64,000 bases of DNA from Acidimicrobiia bacterium (GTDB taxonomy: Bacteria > Actinomycetota > Acidimicrobiia > Spongiisociales > ZC4RG35): positions 288,001-352,000 of the forward strand of contig CBDBCY010000004.1 in the NCBI GenBank assembly GCA_965203555.1, in the 5' to 3' direction. Numbering within the stretch: position 1 is the stretch's first letter; every line of letters starts with the position of its first letter. The translations under genes and the position numbers were made by a program. The notes beneath the pieces are model-generated. The model was not told the DNA's origin. It saw only the letters and a list, made by a program, of their open reading frames with translations, and did no database searches. Shown in pieces: positions 21,774 to 31,002 of this stretch.

Positions 21774-22997
21774 TTACGCGGTGGGGTCGGTCAGGCGGCC
21801 TATGAACAGCAGCGCGCCGGTTTCTTGGTGGATGATGGTCCATAGGAAGGGACGGTCGGCCACGATGGTGAGATCGGGCGGGGGAGGGGCGGATTCTTGG
21901 AAGGCCATGGCGGTGGCTGCTGCTGCTTCCGTGCCCTTTTCGTCCACGATTACTTTGGCGCCGTGGAGAGCGGCGGTGATGAAGATGCCGGGGGAGATGC
22001 CGTCGAATCCTGCACCGGCGCAGAACCCCTGGGGGCAGAGCCACTCGAACAGGTCGGTGGGTGGCAGGGTCTGTTCCCATTTGGGCATGGCCAGGTTGAC
22101 ATGCCCCTCTGTGGCGGTGTCTTGCATTGCGGTCAGTATGTCGGCGTCGAGGGATTCCTCGACTGCGGGGAGACCGTCGGGCTGGTGGGGGACGATGATC
22201 CACATGGCCAGCTTGCCGCCCTGGTAGGGCAGTTCGACGCCGTCGGCGTCCTGAAGTCGAACGTAACGACGAGGAACGGGTTCTCTGTCTCGCATGAACG
22301 GTACTGTCACGGACGATTGGGAGTGGGTGGTGAACTGACCGTCGCTGGTCAACTCCGCCAGGAACGGCCATGACCAGTCGGCTTTCAGGTACACAGTGTT
22401 GGCGAGGATCAACTGTTGGTCTTGTACCACGGCTTCGTTGACGATGCTCGGGATGAGACCGCGGGTCTTTTCGGACACCCATCGGTTGATGGTGTCGGCC
22501 GCGGCCGTGCCCTGGGCCGTGTCGACCGGTTGGATGGTCGTTCCGTAGTGTGCAGAGGCGGTGGCGAGGAATTCTTGCAGTGGTGAGAATTCGTCGTCCG
22601 GGAAGAGCCGGGTGGCCACTTCCAGGACGGTTGGTTCCGTCGAAGCTTGGGCCAGTGCAAGATCAACGGCGTTGGCGGCCTCGTGGAGACCTTCTTCGGG
22701 GAATCCGAAGATACTGTCGAGGACCATCCCGGAGTCGGCGGATGCTCCTGCCCGGCTCAGGCTGAAGGCGATGGCGATGCTGACGGGGCTTGAGACTGCG
22801 TTGCCCGCAAGGCGCCGATGAAAGTCCCAGCCCGCCGCGTTGACTCCGGAAACCCAATCACCGGCAGGCGCCTGCGGATCGGAAGGCGCCCGATCGGCCA
22901 CCGGTTCGAGAACTACCGTCGCTGAGGTTGTGCCAGAGGAATCGCATGCCATTGCCAGACAGGAGAGCAAGACCAGTAGGCCGACGAGCTTTGTCAT
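21774..22997 (-). CDS. serpin family lipoprotein
   Basis: Lipobox LAMA-C; NAVSSPVSI, INRWVSEKTRGLI, LANTVYLKADW..PF, VDEKGTEAAAAT hinge, ADRPFLW.I..LFIGR. Confidence 0.95.
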   Translation of the reverse strand: MTKLVGLLVLLSCLAMACDSSGTTSATVVLEPVADRAPSDPQAPAGDWVSGVNAAGWDFHRRLAGNAVSSPVSIAIAFSLSRAGASADSGMVLDSIFGFPEEGLHEAANAVDLALAQASTEPTVLEVATRLFPDDEFSPLQEFLATASAHYGTTIQPVDTAQGTAAADTINRWVSEKTRGLIPSIVNEAVVQDQQLILANTVYLKADWSWPFLAELTSDGQFTTHSQSSVTVPFMRDREPVPRRYVRLQDADGVELPYQGGKLAMWIIVPHQPDGLPAVEESLDADILTAMQDTATEGHVNLAMPKWEQTLPPTDLFEWLCPQGFCAGAGFDGISPGIFITAALHGAKVIVDEKGTEAAAATAMAFQESAPPPPDLTIVADRPFLWTIIHQETGALLFIGRLTDPTA

Positions 22998-23051
22998 ACC
23001 GATCGAATGAATTGTAATGCTTGGGACGGCCTTTCACAGCTGTTCAGCTGA

Positions 23052-23498
23052 TTGACGGTGACCGCGCTCCGGGGGGCGGTTGGAGCGGATCTGCCTGCCG
23101 AGAGGAAGGACTCTCTGGGAGGTGCGCTCCACGGGGTCAAGGTGCTTTTGGCGGACCTCGCGGGCGAGGAAGCGACCCAGGCATCGATTGATGTTGACTC
23201 GGAGTGGGATCCGTTTGAAGTTTTCAGGGAACAAGAAAGGTACTCCGCCGCGGAGTCGGCGCCGATGTCTGTGCCCCGTTTCTCCGACCTGCAACAGCTG
23301 GTCCTGGAACACAACGATCCGGATGAGGCCGATGTGAGCGCCATCAAAGCAGTCTCGCATCCTGGGGAGGCGCTGACTCGGTCGGCTATGGCGGACGGGC
23401 TAAAATGCGAAAGGCTTGATACGGCAGCTGTCGAGAACCCCCTCCAGGAACTCAGGATCGCGCTTGGAGAATCATATCCGAATTGTGCAAAGGACTAA
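23052..23498 (+). other. possible hypothetical ORF or gene remnant
   Basis: Protein-like acidic composition filling a gap; no recognisable motif or clear start. Confidence 0.3.
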
Positions 23499-23500
23499 CA

Positions 23501-24460
23501 ATGCCGCAGTCCGTTGCCGGTAGGAACACCGGTGAGACAAGATACAGAGTGGTGACGCTGCTGAGCCTGATTGCGGCTATTGCTCAGGTCACCCTGGGTG
23601 GGGTGGTCCGGGTCACGGGTTCCGGGGACGCGTGTCCTGATTGGCCGCTGTGTCACGGGCAGATAATCCCGCCGCTCGACTACCACATCTGGCTCGAATT
23701 CACCCATCGCCTGGCCGCAACCGCATTGGGCGTTCTGGTGGTGGCTTCACTGGTGCTGGCTTGGCGCCATATGCGGACGTCGAGAGCGGCGGTGGCTGCG
23801 ACCGCCGCAAGCACGGGGCTGGTCGTTGGCGCGGCGGTCCTCGGTGGTGTCACCGTGCTGAGCGAACTGTCGTGGTGGACGCGCCTGATCCACCTGGGGT
23901 TGGCAGAGCTGACCGTGGCCGGTCTCGCTATCGCCTGGCTGGCCGGTCACCCCGAAGATCGAAGCGGTGTTCCAAAAGACCTGGACATCACGGTTTCCAG
24001 AGAAAGCCGGATGACGACGTGGATGGGAGCGGGCGGTCTGCTGGTGGTGATTCTCTACGGTTCCTACATGGTGGGGATCGGCTACGGATCCATCTGTACC
24101 AGTTGGCCGCTGTGTGTCGGGTCTCGCATCCCAGGGGGTATGGGGTTCACGGTCAACATGGGTCACCGCTACATTGTGGCGATCGTGGCCGTGCTGGTCC
24201 TTCGCGCCTGCTATGTCGCTTGGAACCAGGGAGCGACTTTTAGGCAGCTGCGCTGGATGGCCGCTCTCACGGCCTGGTTCCTGGTGCTCGAGATAGGGGT
24301 GGGAGCATTCACAGCATTGCTGGGTTCATCCCCCCTCATGGCATCCCTCCACCTGACCTTTGCCACTCTGTCATTGGTGTCAATGGTCTTGATGGCCACG
24401 GTACAGCTCGATCCCGTCACGTTTCACGTGCGAACCCGACGCTCGCAGATCTCTGGTTGA
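23501..24460 (+). CDS. ctaA: heme A synthase (COX15/CtaA)
   Basis: GGVVRVTGSG.ACPDWPLC, EFTHR, second C..WPLC, HR and HL motifs; multiple TM helices. Confidence 0.92.
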   Translation: MPQSVAGRNTGETRYRVVTLLSLIAAIAQVTLGGVVRVTGSGDACPDWPLCHGQIIPPLDYHIWLEFTHRLAATALGVLVVASLVLAWRHMRTSRAAVAATAASTGLVVGAAVLGGVTVLSELSWWTRLIHLGLAELTVAGLAIAWLAGHPEDRSGVPKDLDITVSRESRMTTWMGAGGLLVVILYGSYMVGIGYGSICTSWPLCVGSRIPGGMGFTVNMGHRYIVAIVAVLVLRACYVAWNQGATFRQLRWMAALTAWFLVLEIGVGAFTALLGSSPLMASLHLTFATLSLVSMVLMATVQLDPVTFHVRTRRSQISG

Positions 24461-25359
24461 TGCGCGTTTCCGCCACTCGCCAGTACCCAGTCCTGCGCGA
24501 CTATGTCGAGCTCACCAAACCCCGAATCATCTCCCTGCTGCTGATCACCGCACTGGGCAGCATGTTTCTGGCCGCCCAGGGCTGGCCCGATCCCCTGTTG
24601 ACCGCCCTGGTTGTCGTCTCCGGCTACCTGGCGTCCGGCGGCGCCAACGCTCTCAATCACGGCTTGGAAGCTGACCTGGACCGGAAGATGCGCCGCACCC
24701 GCCGCCGCCCGGTTGCCAGCGGCAGAATATCGAAGAGGCGGGCTTTCGTCTTCGGGACCGTTCTCAACCTGGCCGCCTTCGCAATCCTGTCGGTCTTTGT
24801 GAACCTTCTCAGCGCCGTACTTGCCCTGAGCGGCACCCTCATATACATATTCGTCTACACCAAAGGCCTCAAGCGGACCACCCCCCAGAACATCGTCATC
24901 GGAGGCGCGGCAGGTGCAGTCCCGCCGCTGGTGGGATGGGCCGCTGTAACGGGAACGGTTGAATTGCCGGCCCTCTACCTCTTTGCCATCATTTTTATGT
25001 GGACGCCCCCGCACTTTTGGGCACTGTCTCTGTTGATCAAGGACGATTACGCCCGCGCCGGGATCCCGATGCTGCCGGTCGTCTCCACCCTGGCTGCCAC
25101 CAAACGTCAGATCCTGATCTACACGGTGGTGCTGGTTTGTGTCTCCCTGTTGCTTGCCACCACCGGGGCGGTTGGATGGATCTACCTGGTGGGCGCCTTC
25201 GCACTGGGTGCTGGGTTCATCATCCGGGCAATCCGGCTCGCAAGGGATGACGGAACCCAGACAGCCAGGGCGCTATATGTCTATTCGCTCGCATACCTGG
25301 CCCTGCTGTTTGGGGTCCTGATGGCTGACTCGGCGGTGGACCGCTACCTAATCGGCTGA
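24460..25359 (+). CDS. ctaB: heme O synthase (protoheme IX farnesyltransferase)
   Basis: LTKPRI, D..MRRT..RP, YT..LKR.TPQNIVIGG, WTPPHFWAL, DYARAGIPMLP; TGATG overlap with ctaA. Confidence 0.95.
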   Translation: MRVSATRQYPVLRDYVELTKPRIISLLLITALGSMFLAAQGWPDPLLTALVVVSGYLASGGANALNHGLEADLDRKMRRTRRRPVASGRISKRRAFVFGTVLNLAAFAILSVFVNLLSAVLALSGTLIYIFVYTKGLKRTTPQNIVIGGAAGAVPPLVGWAAVTGTVELPALYLFAIIFMWTPPHFWALSLLIKDDYARAGIPMLPVVSTLAATKRQILIYTVVLVCVSLLLATTGAVGWIYLVGAFALGAGFIIRAIRLARDDGTQTARALYVYSLAYLALLFGVLMADSAVDRYLIG

Positions 25360-25417
25360 ATCGATGCATAAGGGAGCATCACCGCACCGGAGAAAGGTGA
25401 AGCATACGTCCCGTCGG

Positions 25418-26671
25418 TCATCCGGCTCTCACGGGGACGCGGGTCGACAGATAGGCGGTCAGATGGTCGACCAGGTCGCGGGCGTCGTCTTCGGCGCCGT
25501 GGATGAAGCTCGACTTTCGTCGGCGCAGGAAATTCAACCCGATCCTGTACATGCCGGGCGCGCCGGTGACGACTCCGCCGTCGTGACGGAGGCGGCTCTT
25601 GTGGTCGAGCACCGGAACATCCAGCCAGGAGTAGTCCGGCCGGTACCCGGTGGCCCACACGACGGCCTTGATCTCCCCGCTTCGGAGGTCGAGACTCAGA
25701 GGCGGTGACTTCTCGACGCGGGTCCGCTCGTAGCGGTGGGGAGGGTCGTACTCGGCATCCAGGCCGTTCTCGGTGATCCACTCGTCGATAGTGAGAAGCA
25801 GCCTGCCCATCTTGAGGTCGGAGCGGTTGCACTTGTTGTGCAGTGACCCCGACAACTGGGCCATGCCGTCCCTGATGCCGGCCAGCCGGCCCACCATGCG
25901 CACTCCCTGGTCGGTCAGGGCGTTGAGGTCGAGCATCAGCCGCTGCGGCGTGCCCACCAACTGGGGGGAGGGGACCGTGCGGGCCCGCAGGATGTCATCC
26001 ACCTCGTCGTAGCGTTCGTCGGACAGGCCGGTGACCTCGAACCAATAGCGAATGTCCTTCCCGCGGTACACCCGGGGCATGCGGACGTGTTCGCCCACCG
26101 ACACCGTCACCGGTCGCCCGGAACGGTGGATCTCGTCGGCCAGTTGCACTCCGGTGGCGGATACTCCCACCACCAGTACACCGCCTTCCCGCAGGTCCGA
26201 CGGGCGCCGATAGTCGAGCGGGGTCACCGAGTCGATCGAGCCCGGGAGCGCCGCGGCGACGGGGGGGACCTTGGGTAGGTTGAACCCGCCGGTGGCTAGC
26301 ACCACCGTGCGGCACGACCACACCCCACGGTCGGTTAAGACCTGGTAGCCCTCGCCGTCCCTGCGCACCGAGGTGACGGTGGTATGGGTGTGGAGGGGCG
26401 GATCGACCATTCGGGCGTAACGGTCGAAGAAGTCGACGATCTCTGGCATGGTCATGAAGCCGTCGGGATCGTCTCCGTCGTAGGCGAAGCCGGGCAACCT
26501 GGTCTGCCAGTTGGGAGTGAGCAGACGAAGCGCATCCCAGCGCTCCGTCCGCCAAGTGTTGGCCACCTCCCCGCGCTCGAGGACCACATGGTCGATCGAG
26601 CGCTGGGAAAGGAGGCAGCTAACCGCCAGGCCGGTGTGCCCGGCCCCAATTACGACAGTGTCAACGCGCAC
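25418..26671 (-). CDS. flavin-dependent oxidoreductase / monooxygenase (CzcO-like)
   Basis: VIGAGHTG, LERG..ANTW..RWD.L.LLTPNW, ATG, VLVVG..ATG.Q.A.E, WATGYRPD. Confidence 0.85.
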   Translation of the reverse strand: MRVDTVVIGAGHTGLAVSCLLSQRSIDHVVLERGEVANTWRTERWDALRLLTPNWQTRLPGFAYDGDDPDGFMTMPEIVDFFDRYARMVDPPLHTHTTVTSVRRDGEGYQVLTDRGVWSCRTVVLATGGFNLPKVPPVAAALPGSIDSVTPLDYRRPSDLREGGVLVVGVSATGVQLADEIHRSGRPVTVSVGEHVRMPRVYRGKDIRYWFEVTGLSDERYDEVDDILRARTVPSPQLVGTPQRLMLDLNALTDQGVRMVGRLAGIRDGMAQLSGSLHNKCNRSDLKMGRLLLTIDEWITENGLDAEYDPPHRYERTRVEKSPPLSLDLRSGEIKAVVWATGYRPDYSWLDVPVLDHKSRLRHDGGVVTGAPGMYRIGLNFLRRRKSSFIHGAEDDARDLVDHLTAYLSTRVPVRAG

Positions 26672-26684
26672 CCTCCCTCGCCTG

Positions 26685-27239
26685 TTAGTTGACCTGCACG
26701 GTCACGTTAGTGGGGTTGGTCAGTATGTCGAACACGGCCGATATCTTTTGCGACTGGGCGACCAATGCCTCGACATCCGCCGCGCTGGTCTCGTCGGCGT
26801 TGATCTGGTAGCTGACCCGCACGTCGCTGAATCCGTTTCGCACCTCGGGATCTGCTCCGAGAATGCCTCCGATGTTCATATCGGCTTCCACCGTTGCCTT
26901 TACGGAACGAAGCTTGATCTCGCGATTCTCGGCCACGGCCGCCACGCCGGCGGTCAGGCAACTCGCCAGGCCCGCCAGAACGATCTCCACCGGAGTGGCG
27001 GCGTTGTCCTCGGCGTTGAACTCCAGAGGATGGTCGGCTTCCAGTTGGTAGGTCGACTTGTGGGCGCGCTCTTCACCCAGTCCGAAGTACCCGCCGATCT
27101 CCGTCTTGCTGTGGGTTCCGTGCACCCACTCGTTGGAGGCTCTCCACGTGTAGTCGCCCGCGGCCGGTGTCTCTCCGACCACTCCCCGGGCAAACAGCAG
27201 ATGCGCCGTGTCTACTCCGTTGATCTCACCTTTGCTCAT
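26685..27239 (-). CDS. OsmC family protein
   Basis: ADHP...D.A.TPVE.VL..LASCL, G.LG...VRNGF, SAVFD; AAGGAG RBS. Confidence 0.88.
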   Translation of the reverse strand: MSKGEINGVDTAHLLFARGVVGETPAAGDYTWRASNEWVHGTHSKTEIGGYFGLGEERAHKSTYQLEADHPLEFNAEDNAATPVEIVLAGLASCLTAGVAAVAENREIKLRSVKATVEADMNIGGILGADPEVRNGFSDVRVSYQINADETSAADVEALVAQSQKISAVFDILTNPTNVTVQVN

Positions 27240-27890
27240 TGGATTCTCCTTTGTCTTGTGTTGGCTGGTTCGATGTATGGGTTTCTTATGATCTGATCGT
27301 CATCCTATAGGATCGGGTCCCTGCTGTCGGAGTCTTGACCCTTGAACCAAGGACCTGTCCCGGTGGATGTGAAACTGACGCCGCGGCCGGGGGCCATATT
27401 CGGCTCCCGGGTGGTGGCGTCGTCTAAGGGCGGTAAACAGTCCCGCCCGGGTAAGCCACCCGGGAGCCGGGACAACCCATGTAGCCGCGCATATATGTGG
27501 CGGCAAAGAACAGGGTATCCATACGACTGTGCTCCTCTCGCCTGCGCGCCATTGGGAGGCTAGTCGGATACCTGCACATCTGGGAAGACACCATGTACAG
27601 GGACCATGATAGCCACACTTTTAGAAAAACGTGCGTCTTAGGTGGAGAATAGGACAGTCACCGGTGGGTCCAACTGGTCACGACACCACTCCCTGGTACC
27701 CACTGCGGTTGCTGAGATGGGGACAGGCGTCGACTCTCGGGGAGCCGGCTTGACTGGAAGGTACGCTGTGCGCAGATTGGCGTTCCCCAGGAACTGGATT
27801 GGGATTGCATGCTGTGGGACGGCGCCGGCAAGGCGCGCCTCTCAAATCCTTGGGCCGGTGGGATTTTTGCCCGTGTAGCCTTTGGAATTG

Positions 27891-28193
27891 ATGACCGACC
27901 ACAAAGAGTTGCCGCAGCAGGTTGCCGACCTGGTTGAGTTGACCAAGCAGTATCTGCGCCAGGAGACGGTGGACCCTCTGCGCAGGATCGGCCGTTCGGT
28001 GGCCACCGCCCTGATGGCAGCCTTGCTGGTGGGACTGGGAGTGGTGATGCTGTCCATGGGATTGCACCGATTTCTAACCGAAGTCCTGCCCGACGGCCAG
28101 TGGTGGACATCCGCCGCAGCCGCCCTCGTGGCAGTCGTGTTCGGCCTGGCGGCAGCGATAGTGGCCACAAGACTGAGGACCGGGAATGAATAG
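27891..28193 (+). CDS. small membrane protein (actinobacterial holin-X/DUF1469-like)
   Basis: DLVEL.KQYLRQETVDPL then two TM segments; overlaps the next ORF. Confidence 0.7.
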   Translation: MTDHKELPQQVADLVELTKQYLRQETVDPLRRIGRSVATALMAALLVGLGVVMLSMGLHRFLTEVLPDGQWWTSAAAALVAVVFGLAAAIVATRLRTGNE

Positions 28194-28407
28194 TGAACGC
28201 GCCTCGGTGGTGACCCGGGAGGATCTGGAGTTGAGAGCCCGGGAGATCGTGGACACTCTGAACGAAACGGGCGAGTCCATGAAGAGCCCCCTCTTCTTGA
28301 AAGGACTGGGAGCGGCGGCCGCCATGGGAATCGTCTACTGGGTGGGAAGGCGCCGCGGACGCAAACGAATCAGAAAGGCCATCTCCGAACTGGCCCGCAT
28401 GGTTTGA
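28186..28407 (+). CDS. small hypothetical protein
   Basis: VTREDLE..amphipathic helix, hydrophobic segment and basic YWVGRRRG tail; coupled to the upstream gene. Confidence 0.65.
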   Translation: MNSERASVVTREDLELRAREIVDTLNETGESMKSPLFLKGLGAAAAMGIVYWVGRRRGRKRIRKAISELARMV

Positions 28408-28666
28408 AGGGGCCGACCCGGCGGGATCGAAGCCGAGCGCCGCTCCACAGAACCTTGAGGCGCCCGTTCACGGAGGTCAGCCTCGCCGTCGTTGTCGCCT
28501 GGCCACCCAGCGCCACATCAACAGGCCGGCGGCCATCAGCCAGAAATCTCCGGTGCGCGCGCCGCCGAAAGCGTAGTTTCTCGCCAGGCGTTTGAGGTGG
28601 TTGCTTTTCACGACAGTGGGTATAAGGTAGTGATCTAAGGCTAGACACTTGGCGAAAGGAGTGGTC

Positions 28667-28762
28667 TTGATAGGCAACCGCATGCGAAGAGTCCTGGTGT
28701 GGATACTGGTGATGGCTCTGGTGCTGACCTTGCTGACCTCGGTGGTTTCGGTATTCCAATGA
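28667..28762 (+). CDS. 31-aa single-pass membrane peptide (Prli42/DUF4044-like architecture), not in ORF track
   Basis: AAAGGAG RBS 5 nt before TTG at 28667 (alternative ATG 28682); MIGNRMRRVLVWILVMALVLTLLTSVVSVFQ; stop overlaps the ttuB start (ATGA). Confidence 0.7.
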   Translation: MIGNRMRRVLVWILVMALVLTLLTSVVSVFQ

Positions 28763-28953
28763 AAGTGCTGATGCACCAGCCTCGCAGGGAGATCGACGTG
28801 AAGGGGCCCAGGACCGTCAGGGCTCTGCTCAACCGGCTTGACCTGCTGTCCGAGTCGGTGCTGGTCATCAGGGAAGACCAACTTCTCACCGACGAGGAGC
28901 GGGTTTATCCCGACGACACCATCGAGTTGCGCCCGGTCATCTCTGGGGGATGA
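28759..28953 (+). CDS. ttuB: ubiquitin-like sulfur carrier (MoaD/ThiS/TtuB family)
   Basis: 64 aa beta-grasp-like sequence ending PVISGG, directly upstream of TtuA. Confidence 0.85.
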   Translation: MKVLMHQPRREIDVKGPRTVRALLNRLDLLSESVLVIREDQLLTDEERVYPDDTIELRPVISGG

Positions 28954-28960
28954 CGAGGCA

Positions 28961-29878
28961 GTGAAATGCCGGGTGTGCCGGGAGCGGGCGGTGATCGCCG
29001 TCCGGCGTCACAACGCCGGGTTCTGCAGGGATCATTTCATCGCCCACATTCACCGCCAGGTGGAACGGACTATCTCCGACTACCACATGTTCGGCGACCA
29101 GGAGCGCCTGGTGCTGGGAGTGTCGGGAGGAAAGGACAGTCTGGCGCTGTGGGAGATCCTCACCGTGCTGGGATACCGGGTGGACGGCGTTTATCTGCAC
29201 CTGGGAATAGACGAATACAGTTCCGACGGACTGCGGTTCAGCCAGGAATTCGCCGCACGTCGCGACTTGTCGCTGGAGGTGGTGGATCTTGGGCGAGAAC
29301 ACGGGTTCTCGGTGCCCGAAGCCGGCCAGGTGACCAGCAGGGTGGCATGCGCGGCCTGCGGTCTTTCCAAGCGTTACCTGCTCAACCGGGTGGCCGCCCG
29401 CCGGGGCTATGCCGTGCTGGTGACGGGCCACAACCTCGACGACGAGGCGGCGGTGTTGTGGGGGAACGTTCTAAGGTGGCAGGTGGACTTCCTGGCCAGG
29501 CAACGACCGGTGCTTCCCGCCTCCGAGGAGGGACTGGTGCGAAAGGTGAAACCCCTGGTCAGGGTGGCGGAGCGGGAGACGGCGGCCTATGCGGTGCTCA
29601 GGGGGATCGAGTACGAGATAGATGAGTGCCCCATGGCGGCAGGCAACACTCTCAACCGCTACAAGGGGTGGCTGAACCTGTTGGAGGAGCAGTCTCCGGG
29701 TCTCAAAGCCCAGTTCCTGTTCGGGTTCCTCGACCGGGGGGCGGCATATTTTCCTCCCGACCCACCGGACCTGTCGCTATGCCGCCAATGCGGGCAGCCC
29801 ACTCCCGGGGAGGACTGCGCCTTCTGCCGGATGAAAAAGGTGACCGTGCTTCGCATAGCCGATCGTCGTTCGGCATGA
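28961..29878 (+). CDS. ttuA: tRNA 2-thiouridine synthetase TtuA/Ncs6 family
   Basis: N-terminal C..C..C..H zinc finger, PP-loop SGGKDS, CAAC, TGHNLDD, ECP, C-terminal C..C..C..C. Confidence 0.9.
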   Translation: MKCRVCRERAVIAVRRHNAGFCRDHFIAHIHRQVERTISDYHMFGDQERLVLGVSGGKDSLALWEILTVLGYRVDGVYLHLGIDEYSSDGLRFSQEFAARRDLSLEVVDLGREHGFSVPEAGQVTSRVACAACGLSKRYLLNRVAARRGYAVLVTGHNLDDEAAVLWGNVLRWQVDFLARQRPVLPASEEGLVRKVKPLVRVAERETAAYAVLRGIEYEIDECPMAAGNTLNRYKGWLNLLEEQSPGLKAQFLFGFLDRGAAYFPPDPPDLSLCRQCGQPTPGEDCAFCRMKKVTVLRIADRRSA

Positions 29879-30672
29879 CGGAGGAAACCACTGTCCACCG
29901 TCCCTTTCAGGAGGGGGAGACGGCCCTTCTGATCGACGGGAAGGGAAGGCGATTCTTGGTGCTGCTGCACCCGTCCCGGCGTTTCGAATACCACATGGGA
30001 GTGGTGCCGCACGCCGACATCATCGGACAGCCCGAGGGGAGGCTGCTGCGATCCTCTTCGGGGGCGCGGCTGCGGTTGCTTCGTCCCCGGCTGGCCGACT
30101 TCATCCTGAAGATGAAACGGGGCGCCCAAGTGGTGTATCCCAAGGACATCGGACCGATCCTGATGTGGGCGGACATCGCTCCGGGCATGACTGTGGTGGA
30201 GGGGGGAACCGGGTCGGGAGCGTTGGCCATGGCCCTGGCGCGGGCAGTGGGGGAGAGCGGCCAGGTGGTCTCGGCGGAGGTCCGGGCAAACCACGCCGCC
30301 CATGCCCGCAAGATGATCACACGGTGGTTCGGTGAAGTGCCCGCTCACTTGGAGCTTCGCCAGGGGCCGGTGGAGGAGGCCATCGCCCAGGTGGGGCCCG
30401 AACGGGTGGTGCTGGACATTCCCGAACCGTGGCATGCGGCGCAAGTGGCGGCCGCGTCACAGCCGCCGGGTAGCGTGTTCTGTTCCTACCTGCCCACCGT
30501 TCCGCAGGTGCAGAAGCTGGTGGAGGAGATGAAGTCCGGCGGTGGGTTCTGCGAAACCGAGATATTCGAAACTCTCCACCGGGAATGGAATGTGTACGGT
30601 CTCTCGGTCCGTCCCCGGCACCAGATGGTGGGCCATACCGGCTTCGTGGTGGTGTCTCGCACAAGAAGCTGA
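29875..30672 (+). CDS. trmI: tRNA (adenine-58-N1)-methyltransferase
   Basis: MKRGAQVVYPKD, EGGTGSGAL, VLDIPEPW, YLPT, RP.H.MVGHTGF; usual neighbour of arc in Actinobacteria. Confidence 0.95.
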   Translation: MTEETTVHRPFQEGETALLIDGKGRRFLVLLHPSRRFEYHMGVVPHADIIGQPEGRLLRSSSGARLRLLRPRLADFILKMKRGAQVVYPKDIGPILMWADIAPGMTVVEGGTGSGALAMALARAVGESGQVVSAEVRANHAAHARKMITRWFGEVPAHLELRQGPVEEAIAQVGPERVVLDIPEPWHAAQVAAASQPPGSVFCSYLPTVPQVQKLVEEMKSGGGFCETEIFETLHREWNVYGLSVRPRHQMVGHTGFVVVSRTRS

Positions 30673-31002
30673 GGACCGAACCCGGAAAGCTGTCGGCGCC
30701 CCCCCAAGCCGGAGGTCTCGGTAACCGGCCGCTTGCATCCTAAACCGCCGGCCCCGCCTGCAGCCGACGCTTGCGTTCCTGTCGATGTGGGGGGATCCGA
30801 TGACATACCGCCACAGGCAACGCCTGGCTTCTTGACGATTCGCTTCGCCAACCCGTCACGGACCCGGCCAAGGTCGCGCTGCAAATGGATGGAATCTATC
30901 CCGGCGCCATCCCGCTCTCGGAACAAGGAGACAATGGATGCGAGCAGCGCCCACCGCAGTGGTGAAATGTTGTGGAAAGGCGCCTGAGGCCGGTTTATTA
31001 AG

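Noticed and set aside
28477-28611. 44-codon minus-strand ORF (KSNHLKRLARNYAFGG..WRWVARRQRRRG)
   Set aside because: Plausible small membrane peptide, but no clear RBS and no recognised family; not supportable without homologs.
30673-31000. Non-coding gaps at 30.7-31.0, 42.1-42.3, 50.2-50.4 and 61.15-61.65 kb examined for shared repeats or known RNAs
   Set aside because: Only short GC-rich stems and matches of 8 nt or less between gaps; no tmRNA, RNase P, SRP or riboswitch signature recognised.
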